From Macrostomum lignano (taxonomy: Eukaryota), in NCBI GenBank assembly GCA_002269645.1, contig NIVC01000615.1:186001-250000 (forward strand): DNA of 64,000 bases, read 5' to 3'. Numbering within the stretch: position 1 is the first letter of the stretch; every line of letters begins with the position of its first letter. Below the pieces are notes generated by a model, which worked only from the letters and a program-made list of their open reading frames with translations, was not told where the DNA came from and searched no databases. A program made the position numbers and the translations under genes. Positions 35,829-48,400 of the stretch are shown here, piece by piece.

Positions 35829-38800
35829 TCAGACGCAGCTACCGGACGCGGACTCCAGCCGGATGGACGCGAAGCCCTGGTCGCCAGTCGAGACGGTTCC
35901 GGACACGCAGCCCCCCAGGCAGAAGGAGCCGCCGCCGCCACCGATGTGCCCGTAGCCGACCCCGGCCCCGCCACCGCTGAAGCCGCCGCCAGCGCCCGGA
36001 GCTCCGTATTTGCCGCCGCACATGCAGCCGCCTCCGCCGCCTCCACCGAAGCCGCCGTCGCAGGCGCTGCCACCACCGGCGCTGCCGCCGACCCAGCCTT
36101 CGGCCAGACCGCTGCCTCGCTCGCCATCACTGGAGCTGCGCCTCGGGTTGACGGCCCTGCCGAGCCAGCCGGCGCCGCAGCCGCCGTGGTTGGTAGTGCT
36201 GAGCGTGCTGCTTGGATCGTTGGAGCCCGGCTGGCCATTGCTGCCGCCGAATCCCATAGCAGTGTAGTGAGCTCCAATGGTGTCGGAGCCGTTGACACCG
36301 ACTTCTGCTGGCCTTCCTAGTCAGAGTATCAAGCATTGGAACACATAACATATACAGCACGGTGAATTTACATATAGTCGTAACAGATGAGCATTTAGAA
36401 GGAACTTGAATCCGTCTTTCCTTGATAGGAAGGTTCAGCCCACTGGGGTGGCGGGCATGCACAGGTTAAAGCGAGATGAAAGTAATAAGAGAGCACCCAC
36501 CCTGACGGCACAAATCAAACGCAACCTTACACTGCTCAAAAGCACAAGGTAAAAAACGGAATAAAATTAAGTAAACAACAAAAAATTAAAAACAGAAAAG
36601 TTGCAGGCAGGCGTCCGGGCCGACCAGCTGACCCGCGGAGTACTCGACGCTCTGACAGCCATCCTCGGTGGCTGCAGGCTTGGCTGGCGGCCTGTCGCTC
36701 AGATTTGGTCGCGGTCGATAAAGCGCTTCAAGCGGTCGTGGTGGCCCATTAAATGGCGCCTGCCGTTCACAGCCTGCAGCCTGTAGTTCACAGGGCCGAC
36801 TGTTTAAGGACGATGAACGGGCCGGACCACCGGTTCCACAGCGACTTGCACTGGCCGCGCTTCATCGCATGGTGCGTCAGCATCACTCGATCACCGGTCT
36901 AGAAGTCGGTAGTCTCGGCCCCTTGGTTGTAGAACTCGTGCTGCGCCCTCTGGGCCGTGTGCAGGTGCGCCCGCACTACCTGGAAGCCTGATTCTCGTCT
37001 GCAGGTCTGCGCCGTCCTGCGGCTGTTCGCGCTGCCCACCGAGTGCCAAGTCAATCGGCAGTCTGGGCTCCATGCCGCGTAGAACCTTGAACGGCGACTC
37101 GCCCGTGGAGCCGTGCTCAAAACTGTTGTGGGCCCCACACGACGTAGGGCAGCAGGGCGTCGCAGCCGGCCTGGTTCTCCGAGCAGAATGCAGAGAGCAT
37201 GTTGCCCAGCGTCCTATTGAACCTCTCGACGTTCCCGTTGCAGCTACGGTGAAACGGTGAGGTCCTCGATTTTTCTGCTCCGAGCAGCGCCCAGGTCTGT
37301 TTGAAAACTTTGGCCTCGAACTGGCGATCTTGATCCGAGTGCACGACCTCCGGAACCTCTTGCCGCAGCACCATACAGGTCACCAGAGCCTCGGCGACCG
37401 TCTTGGCGTCAATCTGCATGTCTGAGGGCCGCCGCCTCCACCCACTTTGAAAGCGTATATGACATGTACATGTATCAACAAAGCAGAGGATGTAGCGCTT
37501 GCCTCACTCGGTGGCTGGCAGCGTGCCCTGACAGCTGGGGGATCACCGATGGAGCAATGCGCCGACCGGTGACAGCGTCAGACAGGGCAGCAGCTTCTGG
37601 ACCGACGCACTCACCGTCACTGGGAATTGAAAGTTGGGCTGGAGCATCGCGTGTCAAACCGCGAGTAGAACGTGGTCCTGGTCCTGCTCGTCAGGCAGAT
37701 TAGCGATCTGAAACTGCACCGCCGCTGCTCGGCTGAGGGTGTCTGGCACGATGTTCTCCTTGCCGGGCCGGTACAGGATTTCCAGGGGGAACTCCTGAAT
37801 GAGCTGTAGCCAACGTGCCAGCCGACCGGTTGGCTCTTTCGCGTTGAGCAGCTCAGTGATCGTCTTGTGGTCGGTGAACACCTGGATCTTGCAGCTGTTG
37901 CTCAGGTACATGCGGAACTGCTTGAGACTCTAAACAACCGCGGGCAGCTCCCGGTCCGTGGTGCTGTAGTTGCGCTCTGCCTTGCTCAGCGTCCGGGAAG
38001 CGTAGGCCACTGGCAGCTCCTGGCCGTTGCGCTCCTGGCTGAGCACCGCACCCAAGGCCACAGCACTGCTGTCACAGCTGATGACGATAGGCCGGCTGAA
38101 GTCGGGCAGCTGGAGCACCGGGGCCTGGGTCAGCGCGTCCTTCAACTTGCTCAGCGCCGCAGCATGCTCTGACGTCCACATGAAGCCGCCGCCCGCGCTT
38201 TCTGAGCCAGGTGATGCAGCCGTTTGGCGATGTCAGAGGAGTTGGGCACGAACCTGCGGTAGAAGCTGAGCATGCCGATGATGCGCCGGACGCCCTCCTC
38301 GGACTGCGGCTCCGACATCCGCCTGATCGCCTCGATCTTCTTCGATCGAGTTGCCGCTCTCAGAGACTTGATGGCCCAGGTACGCGACGCTCCGGTGTGC
38401 GAAGAAGCCTAGCCCGGGTTCAGCTTCAGCTTGGCATACCGCAGTCGATGCAGCAACCTGGACAGTGACTGAACGTGGCTCTCAAAGTCCCTGTTGAAAA
38501 TGATCAGGTCATCAATGTACGCGATGACCTCCTCCCAGCTCAGGCCGGTCATGATGAGCTCCATCATTTGCTGGTAGGTCGCAGGAGCGTTGCACATGCC
38601 GAATCCTGTTTTGCGGAATCGCATCAGGCGCTCGGTTCAGAACGCTGTCAACGGTCGATCCTCCTCTCTGACCTCCACCTAAAGGAAGACTTGCGCATGT
38701 CGATGGTAGAGAACCATGAGCAGCCAAGGAGTCGAGCGCCTGGTGCAATTTCGGTACTACGACGGCACCCTGAACTCTGGCGATGATCACTGTGGGAACC

Positions 38801-41677
38801 AAGCAACAGGACAGCGGGCCATCTGGCTTGGACTCTCAATTACTGAACGGAACCGCATCACCATCGAATCCGACTGTCTTGGCACCCTGGTCGATGCTGA
38901 ACTGCGATCTGGCCGCCTTGCTCACGAAATCTGAGCGAATCCCTCTGACCATCAGCACGTCCATTTGTCTGCGCAGATGATGACCGAGTCGCACCGTAAT
39001 GCTCACGCTTCCCAACAGCTCGATAGCGGAGTCGTCCACGGACACATGCCTGACATCTGCCGGCTTCAGCTCGTAGCGACCGTCCAGCTCTCTCAAGGCA
39101 ACGTCGCTGATCAGCGAGGTCTGCGCTCGGGTGTTCAGCAGCCAACGGCGCAGCTTGCTGTTTGCCTCTCTAGCCAGGAATAAAAATCGCTCGGGAAGCA
39201 CGGGATTGCTCCTTGGGGTTGGTGTAGGTCCCGCACCCGTTGCACCAACCCTTAGGAGTTTCCCAGAACCTTCGATGGACAGACTGAGGCCTTGTGTCCT
39301 CGCCCCGAGCACTTGTGGCAGATGATCTGGTCCGGCTGTTTATAACGCTCCTGACATTGCGCTGCACGGTGTCCGAGATGGCCGCAGTTGAAGCAGCCGC
39401 CTCCTCGCTGCTGACGACACGCCGAGTGTCAATACCGGACTGCACGCCGACCCTTCATGATGATGAGCTCGTCCATGCGTTTCTCCAGTCAGTCCAGGCG
39501 ATCCTCGCCCGGTCCCGCTGCTGATGTAGCGCCGATGGCTCCGAATGCCGTCACCGACTGTCGCCGAGCGAGCTCCCCCAGCAGAGCCACCCGCTGCAGC
39601 AGAGTCTCCAAACTGCAGGTCTCTGCGTCCTCTGCCTTGAGCAGCTGCAGAAGTTTGAAGCGCATATCTAGATCTCGCTGAGAAACTGAATCACTCGACC
39701 TGGCATTCTGGTGCAGCAGCTTTAGGTTGAAACAGAGCTCATGGAGCGTCTCCGAGTCTTCACGCTTTTTTGAGTAGAAGTCGTTCATAGCCTCAAAAGC
39801 TGTGTGATTCACCTCCGTAAAACTTTGTGAGGTCCTCTTTGATACTATTGAAGCTCTTCTGCCTTGTCTCGGTGAGGTCCCAGACGACAAGTTGGGCTTC
39901 TCCCGTGAGCAGCAGCTTCACCTTTGATGCTAGGGTCGCGTCATCCCATTTCCCATCGTTGGCGAATTCCTCGAAGATGCATAGCAGATGCCGTCTGTTC
40001 CACTGAACTTTGGCAGTAGCAGGGTGTTCTAGGCCATTAGTGCACTTGCACTGGGTTCTCGCTGACACCAGTGTAAGAGCCGAGAAATTAGATCAATTCA
40101 TGAAGTATATTTGGAATGCATGATTACTAAGGGGAGCGATTATAGAGTCAGCGATAGAATGGTTAAAATGACTCGATCACCCAACTGGGGTGGCGGGCAT
40201 GCACAGAGAAAAACGAGATACAAGTAATAAGAAAGCACCCACCCTGACGACACAAATCAAACGCAACCTCACACAAGAATTTCTGCCTCAAAGCTCTATT
40301 GTTTCAGATTCTTTAGACATAAAAATGAGACCCTACACTCCCCAGTCTTAATACCCGTACAACAATCCGATGTCGGCCGACGTTCCCGACGCTAATCGTC
40401 GTGGCTGACAATTACTTACTTACTAGTAGTAGTGGCTGACAATTATGTGCTTTTTAAATTACGACTCATACGAGCGTACTACAGCGACGACATACTAAAC
40501 GGATTTCCGAGACTTTTGCAGTGTTGGTACCGCCAAATACAGTTGCCATTGCCCTGCTGTGCCATTAGGTGAACGCGTTGCATCTCACCATTGTTTGCAA
40601 ATGTGGCTCCTCCGCCTCCACCGGCAGCCAGCAGCAGCAGCCGGTCGCCCGTCCGGTACACGAAGCTGCCGCCGCCTCCGCCGCCTCCTTCACCGCTCAG
40701 GGAGGTCGAGCCGCCCGTCTGGCCCACAACGATGCTCAGTTGGGTTCCGGCCGTCAGGTTGACTCTGGCGCTCACCTGGGCTCCCTGGCCTCCGGTAGTG
40801 CTCGTGAGGGTGTTGTTGCCTCCTCTGGCTCCGGCAGCCTCGATCAGGTAGCAGCCGCTAGCGGGAGCCGTGAAGGTTTCGATCGATCCGTTTCTGCCCG
40901 AGCTGCTGTCTGCAGGGTTCATAGTGATATGATTATAACAACTGATTACACCTGGACCCAATGGACAGCTATTGTGCGGCGCATCTGAAGGCTGCGCATC
41001 GCTGTTCAGTCCAAGGACTGGGGGGTCGCCACACACACCCTCAATTACCCCAGCTAATGCTGGCACCCATTTTACAGCTGGGTGAACTGAAGCAATGCAG
41101 AGTTAAGTGTCTTGCTCAAGGACACAAATTGTTCCAGTGGGATCGGGAATCGAACCCCCGACCTTCAAGTCGTGAGTCCGACGCTCTAACCTAGGGTCGT
41201 GGCCTAGCAGGGGGTGTAGCTATAGTGGTTCATGCAATGTCCAATATAACTATGGGGTATTATGAAGCTTTGCCAGCAACGATTGTCACAGACATTAAAA
41301 CAATTCCGTATCTCTTGACTCACTTTTGAGCAGCACTGCAGCTGACGTCAAACTCATCAGGTACTGCTCAAAGTCTTCCGCTTTCCACAAAGTCACAGCG
41401 CTGTCGTCGTGCGAGCCGAGCTGTCTCGTCACGTGACTTCCGTTTGGACCGGCAGGCTGTCCCGATGACTCATTGCTGAGGCTGACTGCCCGACAGACTC
41501 TGGCGGTCCGGTTCAGCTCGGCGACAGCGCAGCCTCTGAGCTGGCACAGCAGCAGGCACTGACTTTCCCAAGCGACTTCGGTCTCGACGAACAACCAGCT
41601 GCTCACAGAGTCACTCAGCTCAACGGAGCCGCCGGTAATGAATCGATTGAAGCGTTTGCCACCTTCTGCGTTGGTCA
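35829..41677 (-). CDS. PAN/Apple-like + ALK/LTK-type glycine-rich domain protein, paralogue 2 (exons 41677-41324, 40909-40589, 36316-35829; start/signal exon not located)
   Basis: Phase-1 junctions join in frame: CLLLCQLRGC..C (PAN-like), GCYLIEAAGARGG, IVVGQTGG, GGGGGGGSFVY, LLAAGGGGG, GGFGGGGG, GAGGGFSGG, GGGGSFC, GFASIRL...CV*. These are hallmark blocks of the ALK/LTK TNF-like/glycine-rich module. No TM segment precedes the stop. Confidence 0.8.
36442..40273 (-). mobile_element. Decayed Ty3/Gypsy element inside intron 2 of the Gly-rich gene
   Basis: Broken gag with CHKCSGRGHKASVC, protease remnant LLNTRAQTSLIS, RT FGMCNAPATYQ...AYIDDL, RNase H ISCDSSAVALGAVL...FTDHK, integrase HSDQ...NGNVERFNRTL. 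5' LTR 40072-40273 (TGT...ACA) is followed by PBS-like TGGTGTCAG. A 90-bp LTR block is shared at 36442-36531 and 40184-40273. Confidence 0.88.
40960..41191 (-). mobile_element. tRNA-derived CORE-type SINE (5'-truncated) in intron 1 of the Gly-rich gene
   Basis: Minus strand: GGTTAGAGCGTCGGACT...GGTTCGATTCCCG (B box), then GTGTCCTTGAGCAAGACACTTAAC...CAGCTGTAAAATGGGT, resembling the CORE domain. The 3' end is approximate. Confidence 0.75.
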
Positions 41678-43664
41678 CTGAAATTTAAAATATCATTTAC
41701 TAGCATATGTTTTGTTTTGCGCCATAGCACCCGACCTTACTTGTACCGAAGCTCTATACTCACCGTTAGATAAAGTGAACAAAATCGCAAAAATGAATTC
41801 CAAATGCATAGCGAATTGAGTTTAGGTTTAGTTTGCGCTTATTCAAATTAGTTTTCAGTTGCGAATGCAAGCCGTAGGTAATTATAAGACCCTGATGGGT
41901 GGGTTCTGCATTTAATGCCGCCTATGAACAGCAGCTGCAGCCAATCCACGCTGCAGGATGCATGAGTGATGGGCCGCTTTCCAAGATTCGTTAGCTGCAG
42001 CCTCAAGACACCATCAATTTAACATACTCTCGCGTGCAAACAGTGACAGCATTATTCTCCTGTCAAACAGCTGAAGCCATCTGGTAAGAAAATTTTCTTT
42101 ACCCACATTAAGAATTCCTACAACAATGCAGTTGTTGCTGGGTGAATTTTTGTCTTTACTTTTGTTCCGAAAGCAAGAGCTTTGCCAAGAGCGTTCCTAT
42201 AATTAGATTTGCTGCAATTAAGATCTCAATCTCAAGATTCTAACGAAAGAAATAAAGTACAATACTATGATAACTACCAAAATTAATGAGAATATTAGCT
42301 GAAACCTAAAAATCAATTTAGAAAATGACAAGAAGGAAAAACTAAAGCAACTTAGTTTTTCTCTAAATTTCAAATTTTCGTGTTCGTGTTTCTGAAAAAT
42401 AGACGACACTTATGAATTACTGTTTAACGTTTTTGACGTACATGTCATTGTGCATGTACACAACCACTGCATGTGTGCGGTCTTTGATCACCAAAATTGT
42501 AAATTTATCGTTCGTTGCACCAGATTTCAGTTGCAACGTGGTGGCTGCGAAGTTTTCAAGAATACTTGAACACATTCGAGAACTTGGGCGTGGGCACCCT
42601 GACGCAACGCCTTCGGCGACATCGTCCCACAACCAGCGCTGACGGCAATTCTACCCATTCCAATGGTACGCATGTCAGGCACTCACTCATACACACGCTC
42701 ACACGGGGTGTACATGGCGGCCCGTGCCAAATGTTTACAAGTACATTTAGGTCCATAGCAGCTAAAATAGTTACAGAAAGTCAACGCTAAATAAAAAGTT
42801 CTAGATGCAAAATTAATCTGAATTTCGTCTGTTAGATTATTCGGATCGAGATCGATCGCATTATTTAATTTCAGTGTGCAACTGAGATAAATATAAATGT
42901 TTATTATAAGTTAATAGGAAGTTAATAGGAATTTATTTTCAAACAGTCGCAGATCTCCTAAGATTATCGAATAAAATTCAAATTAACGCCAACATTTGAA
43001 ATTTGAAGAAATAAAAAATTTCAATACTTTTTAAATTCATGAATTTTGGCGCGAATTTGATTTTTTTGGATTTACACATACATAATTGATCAGTTCGTTA
43101 CCCGATAATAACTCAGTTATTAGATCTTAAACATAATATTAGAAGTAACAAAAGACTTAAAATTCTTCTTCATCTTATGGCCCTAAAATTATTATTAATT
43201 TCAAACATGGATAATAATTCTGCAGGTGCTACAGTGACTAGAAATGACATCAGAATGTAACTGCCCAAACTGAAAGACCTTCGAATCTCGTTCACACTGA
43301 TTTGGAGAAGGGGTTAAAATAAACAAAATTTTAGCTGTTTAAACTGGCTGACTAGTTAGTAGTGCAGTTAGGATATAGTCAATTTTTTAGTTTTGAGAAA
43401 ATTAAAAACTTGAAATTGGATAAATATGAACAATAAAAATGAGATCCAAACATGGCAATATTTTTGAATTAAAAATTAATTCACTGCATTAGTCTAAGCA
43501 ATATTGCTAAGCGTTGCTTTCAGGTAAATAATGCATAATTCGATGACTAAGTGTAAGAAAAATGTGACATTTTGCAAACTATATATAGATATAAACTGAA
43601 GAGTTTAGTAAAAGAAAATTAAAAAATCACTGTTTTTAAAGCTCAAACAGGATTTTCTGACTAA

Positions 43665-44262
43665 TAAAACAGGTGACACTCTCTGTCTAACAGGTGAAAT
43701 TCCTGTCTAACAGGTGACACTCTCTGTCTAACAGGTGACACTCCCTGTCTAACAGGTGACACTCTCTGTCTAACAGGTGACATTCCTGTCTAACGGGTGA
43801 CACTCTCTGTCTAACAGGTGACACTCTCTGTCTAACAGGTGAAATTCCTGTCTAACAGGTGACACTCTCTGTCTAACAGGTGACATTCCTGTCTAACAGG
43901 TGACACTCTGTCTAACAGGTGACACTCTCTGTCTAACAGGTGACATTCCTGTCTAACAGGTGACACTCTCTGTCTAACAGGTGACACTCTCTGTCTAACA
44001 GGTGACATTCCTGTCTAACAGGTGACACTCTCTGTCTAACAGGTGACATTCCTGTCTAACAGGTGACACTCTGTCTAACAGGTGACACTCTCTGTCTAAC
44101 AGGTGACATTCCTGTCTAACAGGTGACACTCTCTGTCTAACAGGTGACACTCTCTGTCTAACAGGTGACATTCCTGTCTAACAGGTGACACTCTCTGTCT
44201 AACAGGTGACACTCTCTGCCTAACAGGTGACATTCCTGTCTAACAGGTGACACTCTGTCTAA
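43665..44262. repeat. 19-21-bp TAACAGGTGACACTCTCTGTC minisatellite
   Basis: Direct reading. Confidence 0.92.
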
Positions 44263-44699
44263 GAGATTCAACAAAGAATATAAGCAATCATAAATATATA
44301 CAAAAAAGCAATCACAACGGAAGTTTACAAGAGTTTATAATACACATGACAAACCCATTCGACTAAAACGTGAAGCTTGTACAGCAGTGCAAATTGACTG
44401 TTCATTTTGACTGTCTACTTTCTCAAAAAAGTGAAATAAATTCGCATGCAGCAAGGAATGAAGTACAAAAAAAGTTGAAACAATGCCTTTATTGCACAAA
44501 GATTATCAACCAAGCTACATGCTAGGAAAATGTCAGTTACTAATACAAAGATTCCACTAGAGCCTACGATTTGTTGATAAATATAATATTGCAATCTATG
44601 TGTGCCTGCTGTGCAAGAATAACATAACAAACACAATTTATACATTTATTTTGCAAAAAGCAACTGCCAGTGAGTCGATTTGATGTGTGAATAGAAATA

Positions 44700-45330
44700 G
44701 GGGGAGATGGGGAAGGAGAGGGAGAGATGAGGAAGGAGAGGGAGAAATGGGGAAGGAGAGAGAAGGGGAAGGAGAGAGAGATGGGGAAGGAAAGGGAGAG
44801 ATGGGGAAGGAGAGAGAGATGGGGAAGGAGAGAGAGAGATAGGGAAGGAGAGAGAGAGATGGGGAAGGAGAGAGAGAGATGGGGAAGGAGAGAGAGAGAT
44901 GGGGAAGGAGAGAGAGATGGGGAAGGAGAGAGAGATGGGGAAGGAGAGAGAGATGGGGAAGGAGAGAGAGAGATGGGGAAGGAGAGAGAGATGGGGAAGG
45001 AGAGAGAGAGATAGGGAAGGAGAGAGAGAGATGGGGAAGGAGAGAGAGATGGGGAAGGAGAGAGAGATGGGGAAGGAGAGAGAGAGATGGGGAAGGAGAG
45101 AGAGAGATGGGGAAGGAGAGAGAGATGGGGAAGGAGAGAGAGAGATGGGGAAGGAGAGAGAGATGGGGAAGGAGAGAGAGATGGGGAAGGAGAGAGAGAT
45201 GGGGAAGGAGAGAGAGATGGGGAAGGAGAGAGAGATGGGGAAGGAGAGAGAGATGGGGAAGGAGAGAGAGATGGGGAAGGAGAGAGAGATGGGAAAGGAG
45301 AGAGGGAGAGATGGGGAAGGAGAGAGAACA
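44700..45330. repeat. 18/20-bp GGGGAAGGAGAGAGAGAT purine array
   Basis: Direct reading; lies ~160 bp downstream of the ABCG stop. Confidence 0.92.
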
Positions 45331-45487
45331 TCACATATGTTAAAAGGTAGATCGGAGATGCAAAGAAAAAGATCAGAGGTAGACAGACTATCTACTTCAA
45401 TACCTGCGATCGATAACAGACCAAATAGATTCGATCAAGACAGTTCAAACCTGAAGCATACTTCAGATCCCAAAATCTCCAATGAGC

Positions 45488-48400
45488 TCATCGACTCGCC
45501 CTTGTGCGGAATTTCAAGATCAGAAAGCACAGGCCGCGCAGAATGACAAAGAACATGCACAGCACGATGAAGTCCACGTAGATCTTGGCTCCGTCCGCGC
45601 TGAAGAACTTCAAAAAGAAGTCCGGATCGCTGAGACAGGGAGCCAGACTCTCTGAAGAGTCGGCGCTGGCATCCGGGTTGCACTCGAGATGGTTGCGATT
45701 CATGCCGTAGATGATCTGCAGCACCGCTTCGAATGCGTAGCGCACGTAGGAGCAATAGCTGAGCCACTGCAGGTACACCGGGATGGTGCTGAATGTGACA
45801 AAGAAGCCGCTGAACAGCAGGATTGGGATGGCCGTGACCGGGCCTGCAACCGGGTGGGTGGGCGTCGTGACTCAGTGCCACATCAGTGACTCAGTGTTTT
45901 ATCAGTGTCTTATCAGTGACTCAGTGTTTTCTTATCAGTGACTCAGTGTTTTCTTATCAGTGACTCAGTGTTTTCTTATCAGTGACTCAGTGTTTTCTTA
46001 TCAGTGACTCAGTGTTTTCTTATCAGTGACTCAGTGTTTTCTTATCAGTGACTCAGTGTTTTCTTATCAGTGACTCAGTGTCTTATCAGTGACTCAGTGT
46101 CTTATCAGTGACTCAGTGTCTTATCAGTGACTTAGTGTCTTCTTATCAGTGACTCAGTGTCTTATCAGTGACTCAGTGTCTTATCAGTGACTTAGTGTCT
46201 TCTTATCAGTGACTCAGTGTCTTATCAGTGACTCAGTGTCTTATCAGTGACTTAGTGTCTTATCAGTGACTCAGTGTCCTATCAGTGTCTCGTGTCTTCT
46301 TATCAGTGACTCAGTGTTTTCTCATCAGTGACTCAGTGTCTTATCAGTGACTCAGTGTCCTATCAGTGTCTCGTGTCTTCTTATCAGTGACTCAGTGTCT
46401 TATCAGTGACTCAGTGTCTTATCAGTGACTTAGTGTCTTCTTATCAGTGACTCAGTGTCTTATCAGTGACTCAGTGTTTTCTTATCAGTGACTTAGTGTT
46501 TTCTCATCAGTGACTCAGTGTCTTATCAGTGACTCAGTGTCTTATCAGTGACTCAGTGTCCTATCAGTGTCTCGTGTCTTCTTATCAGTGACTCAGTGTT
46601 TTCTCATCAGTGACTCAGTGTCTTATCAGTGACTCAGTGTCCTATCAGTGTCTCGTGTCTTCTTATCAGTGACTCAGTGTTTTCTCATCAGTGACTCAGT
46701 GTCTTATCAGTGACTAAGTGTCTTCTTATCAGTGACTCAGTGTCCTATCAGTGACTCAGTGTCTTATCAGTGACTCAGTGTTTTCTCATCAGTGACTCAG
46801 TGTCTTATCAGTGACTCAGTGTCTTATCAGTGACTCAGTGTCCTATCAGTGACTTATTGTCTTATTTGTGACTCAGTGTCTTCTTATCATTGACTCAGTG
46901 TCTTCTTATCAGTGACTCAGTGTCCTATCAGTGACTTATTGTCTTATTTGTGACTCAGTGTCTTCTTATCAGTGACTCAGTGTCTTATCAGTGACTTATT
47001 GTCTTATTTGTGACTCAGTGTCTTCTTATCAGTGACTCAGTGTCTTATCAGTGACTTATTGTCTTATTTGTGACTCAGTGTCTTCTTATCAGTGACTCAG
47101 TGTCCTATCAGTGACTTATTGTCTTATTTGTGACTCAGTGTCTTCTTATCAGTGACTCGGTGTCTTCTTATCAGTGACTCAGTGTCTTATCAGTGACTCA
47201 GTGTCTTATCAGTGACTCAGTGTCCTATCAGTGACTCATTGTCTTATTTGTGACTCAGTGTCTTCTTATCAGTGACTCAGTGTCTTATGTATGACTCAGT
47301 GTCTTATGTATGACTCAGTGTCTTATGTATGACTCAGTGTCTCATCAGTGACTTAGTGAATTAGTGCCTCATCTGTGACTCATTAATTTCTCATCAGTGT
47401 CTCATGTCTCTCACTGTCTCAATCACATTCTCTGTATCGCACTCTTAAAATCTTACTTACCAATCTTAACTCCTCAATCTCAATCTCTCAAATCTCACAG
47501 AATCTCACTCGCCCAAATCTCACCCAGGAAGATGGCTGATTCCAAATTCGTAGCCGCCCCAATCAGCAGGCCGAAGCTCTGCGCCACCAAGCTGGTCTGC
47601 ACGCAGATGGTCAGAAATAGAAAGTAGCGCATGAACTCCAGCGGCTGGGCGGTCATGAAGTACACGATGGTGCCATAGATGACTGGAAAGATCACTTGAA
47701 ATGGCAGATCGGCGAGTGTCTTGGCCAAGTAGTAGGCCTTCACGCTGTACCAATAGTTCAGGTGTTCACGCAGAAATATGTTCATCTCCATCGGGACTGC
47801 AGGTTTGGGGAAAATGTTTATTGCTAGGACTCTTTGGTGCGGCAATTTATAGATCAAAGGAAATGAGGGAGGGTAAAGGGGTGGTGGCATTTGAAAAAAG
47901 ATCAAAGTAAATAGAGAAGGTAGAGGAGTGCCGGCATTTGATAAGAGATCAAAGGAAATAGAGAAGTGTAGAGGTGGTGGCGGCAATTGACAAAGGATCA
48001 AAGGAAATAGCTATGGGGAAGGTAGAGAGAGTGGCGGCATTTGTTAAAAGATCAAAGGGAATAGCTAGGGGGAGGTAGAGAGAGTGGCGGCATTTGTTAA
48101 TAGATCAAAGGGAATAGCTAGGGGGAGGTAGAGAGAGTGGCGGCATTTCTTAAAAGATCAAAGGGAATAGCTGGGGAAGGTAGAGAGAGTGGCGGCATTT
48201 GTTAATAGATCAAAGGGAATAGCTAGGGGGAGGTAGAGAGAGTGGCGGCATTTGTTAATAGATCAAAGGGAATAGCTAGGGGGAGGTAGAGAGAGTGGCG
48301 GCATTTGTTAATAGATCAAAGGGAATAGCTAGGGGGAGGTAGAGAGAGTGGCGGCATTTTTTAATAGATCAAAGAAAATAGCTATAGAGAAGGCTAGAGA

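Noticed and set aside
41120-41191. Possible tRNA gene
   Set aside because: It has a B box and anticodon-arm-like sequence but no complete acceptor stem or A box, and continues into a CORE domain, so it was called a SINE.
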